This document shows, piece by piece, positions 62,324-64,000 of a stretch of DNA of 64,000 nt. The stretch comes from Macrostomum hystrix (lineage: Eukaryota > Animalia > Platyhelminthes), in NCBI GenBank assembly GCA_950097015.1, contig CATNEN010000014.1, positions 372,001 to 436,000 of the forward strand, read 5' to 3'. Each line of letters starts with the position of its first letter. Within the stretch, counting starts at the first letter, position 1. A model generated the notes under the pieces. The model had not been told where the DNA came from. It did no database searches and saw only the letters and a list, made by a program, of their open reading frames with translations. Position numbers and translations under genes: made by a program.

Positions 62324-64000
62324 ACTAGTACCAGTTCACAGGTAGGTTCGTTACTAGTACCAGTTCACAGGTAGGTTGGTTACTAGTACCAGTTCACAGG
62401 TAGGTTCGTTACTAGTACCAGTTCACAGGTAGGTTCGTTACTAGTACCAGTTCACAGGTAGGTTGGTTACTAGTACCAGTTCACAGGTAGGTTGGTTACT
62501 AGTACCAGTTCACAGGTAGGTTGGTTACTAGTACCAGTTCACAGGTAGGTTGGTTACTAGTACCAGTTCACAGGTAGGTTCGTTACTAGTACCAGTTCAC
62601 AGGTAGGTTGGTTACTAGTACCAGTTCACAGGTAGGTTGGTTACTAGTACCAGTTCACAGGTAGGTTCGTTACTAGTACCAGTTCACAGGTAGGTTCGTT
62701 ACTAGTACCAGTTCACAGGTAGGTTCGTTACTAGTACCAGTTCACAGGTAGGTTGGTTACTAGTACCAGTTCACAGGTAGGTTGGTTACTAGTACCAGTT
62801 CACAGGTAGGTTGGTTACTAGTACCAGTTCACAGGTAGGTTGGTTACTAGTACCAGTTCACAGGTAGGTTGGTTACTAGTACCAGTTCACAGGTTAGGCT
62901 TGTACTAGTACCAGTTCACAGGTTAGGCTGGTTACTAGTACCAGTTCACAGGTTAGGCTTGTTACTAGTACCAGTTCACAGGTAGGCTGGCACTAGTACT
63001 AGTTCACAGGTAGGTTGGTTACTAGTACCAGTTCACAGGTTAGGCTTGTACTAGTACCAGTTCACAGGTTAGGCTTGTTACTAGTACCAGTTCACAGGTA
63101 GGTTCGTTACTAGTACCAGTTCACAGGTAGGTTGGTTACTAGTACCAGTTCACAGGTAGGTTGGTTACTAGTACCAGTTCACAGGTAGGTTGGTTACTAG
63201 TACCAGTTCACAGGTTAGGCTTGTACTAGTACCAGTTCACAGGTTAGGCTGGTTACTAGTACCAGTTCACAGGTTAGGCTTGTTACTAGTACCAGTTCAC
63301 AGGTTAGGCTTGTTACTAGTACCAGTTCACAGGTAGGCTGGCACTAGTACTAGTTCACAGGTAGGTTGGTTACTAGTACCAGTTCACAGGTTAGGCTTTT
63401 ACTAGTACCAGTTCACAGGTTAGGCTTGTTACTAGTACCAGTTCACAGGTTAGGCTTGTTACTAGTACCAGTTCACAGGTTAGGCTGGTTACTAGTACCA
63501 GTTCACAGGTAGGCTGGCACTAGTACTAGTTCACAGGTAGGCTGGCACTAGTACTAGTTCACAGGTAGGTTGGTTAATAGTACCAGTTCACAGGTTAGGC
63601 TTGTACTAGTACCAGTTCACAGGTTAGGCTTGTTACTAGTACGAGTTCACAGGTTAGGCTTGTTACTAGTACCAGTTCACAGGTTAGGCTGGTTACTAGT
63701 ACCAGTTCACAGGTTAGGCTGGTTACTAGTACCAGTTCACAGGTTAGGCTGGTTACTAGTACCAGTTCACAGGTTAGGCTGGTTACTAGTACCAGTTCAC
63801 AGGTTAGGCTTGTTACTAGTACCAGTTCACAGGTTAGGCTGGTTACTAGTACCAGTTCACAGGTTAGGCTGGTTACTAGTACCGGTTCACAGGTTAGGCT
63901 GGTTACTAGTACCAGTTCACAGGTTAGGCTGGTTACTAGTACCAGTTCACAGGTAGGTTGGTTACTAGTACCAGTTCACAGGTTAGGCTGGTTACTAGTA
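62324..64000. repeat. 29/30-bp minisatellite in the PTPA last intron (runs off the window)
   Basis: Unit actagtaccagttcacaggt(t)aggttggtt / gttaggctggtt. Confidence 0.97.

Noticed and set aside
10142-63956. Many long ORFs in the track (e.g. 12712-14229, 22175-25249, 26903-28462, 41053-42164, 45528-46595, 51193-54879 N-terminal part, 59559-61332, 63570-63956)
   Set aside because: They are translations of stop-free tandem-repeat units, often open on both strands and several frames, and lie in introns or intergenic space. Where they contain real domains, only the exon portion is genuine.

Overview
Eukaryotic (metazoan) genomic DNA, gene-dense, with GC-rich exons and short spliceosomal introns. 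Roughly 31 kb (about 48%) of the window is tandem repeat, in about 27 arrays with different units. The style resembles the flatworm Macrostomum; this is an inference and was not verified. Ten protein-coding genes can be reconstructed exon by exon. On the + strand: Rab14, a COA3-like gene, RPSA, an AGAP/centaurin-gamma gene, a GABA-B-like class C GPCR and a NAT8/Camello-like GNAT acetyltransferase. On the - strand: USP16/45, a lysosomal-type acid phosphatase, TMEM177 and the last exon of PTPA. There is also a decayed Tc1 (DD34E) transposase and a probable tRNA-derived SINE. Almost all long ORFs in the supplied track are artefacts of the repeats. The dominant unexplained pattern is that nearly every long intron is a minimal (about 50-230 nt) intron inflated by its own locus-private minisatellite. 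One array has multiplied a 5' splice site eight times, one fills a probable 7.6-kb GC-AG intron, two have entered coding exons, and the largest arrays are C-rich on the transcribed strand. A splice acceptor lies just upstream of most start codons, suggesting SL trans-splicing/operons or 5'UTR introns.
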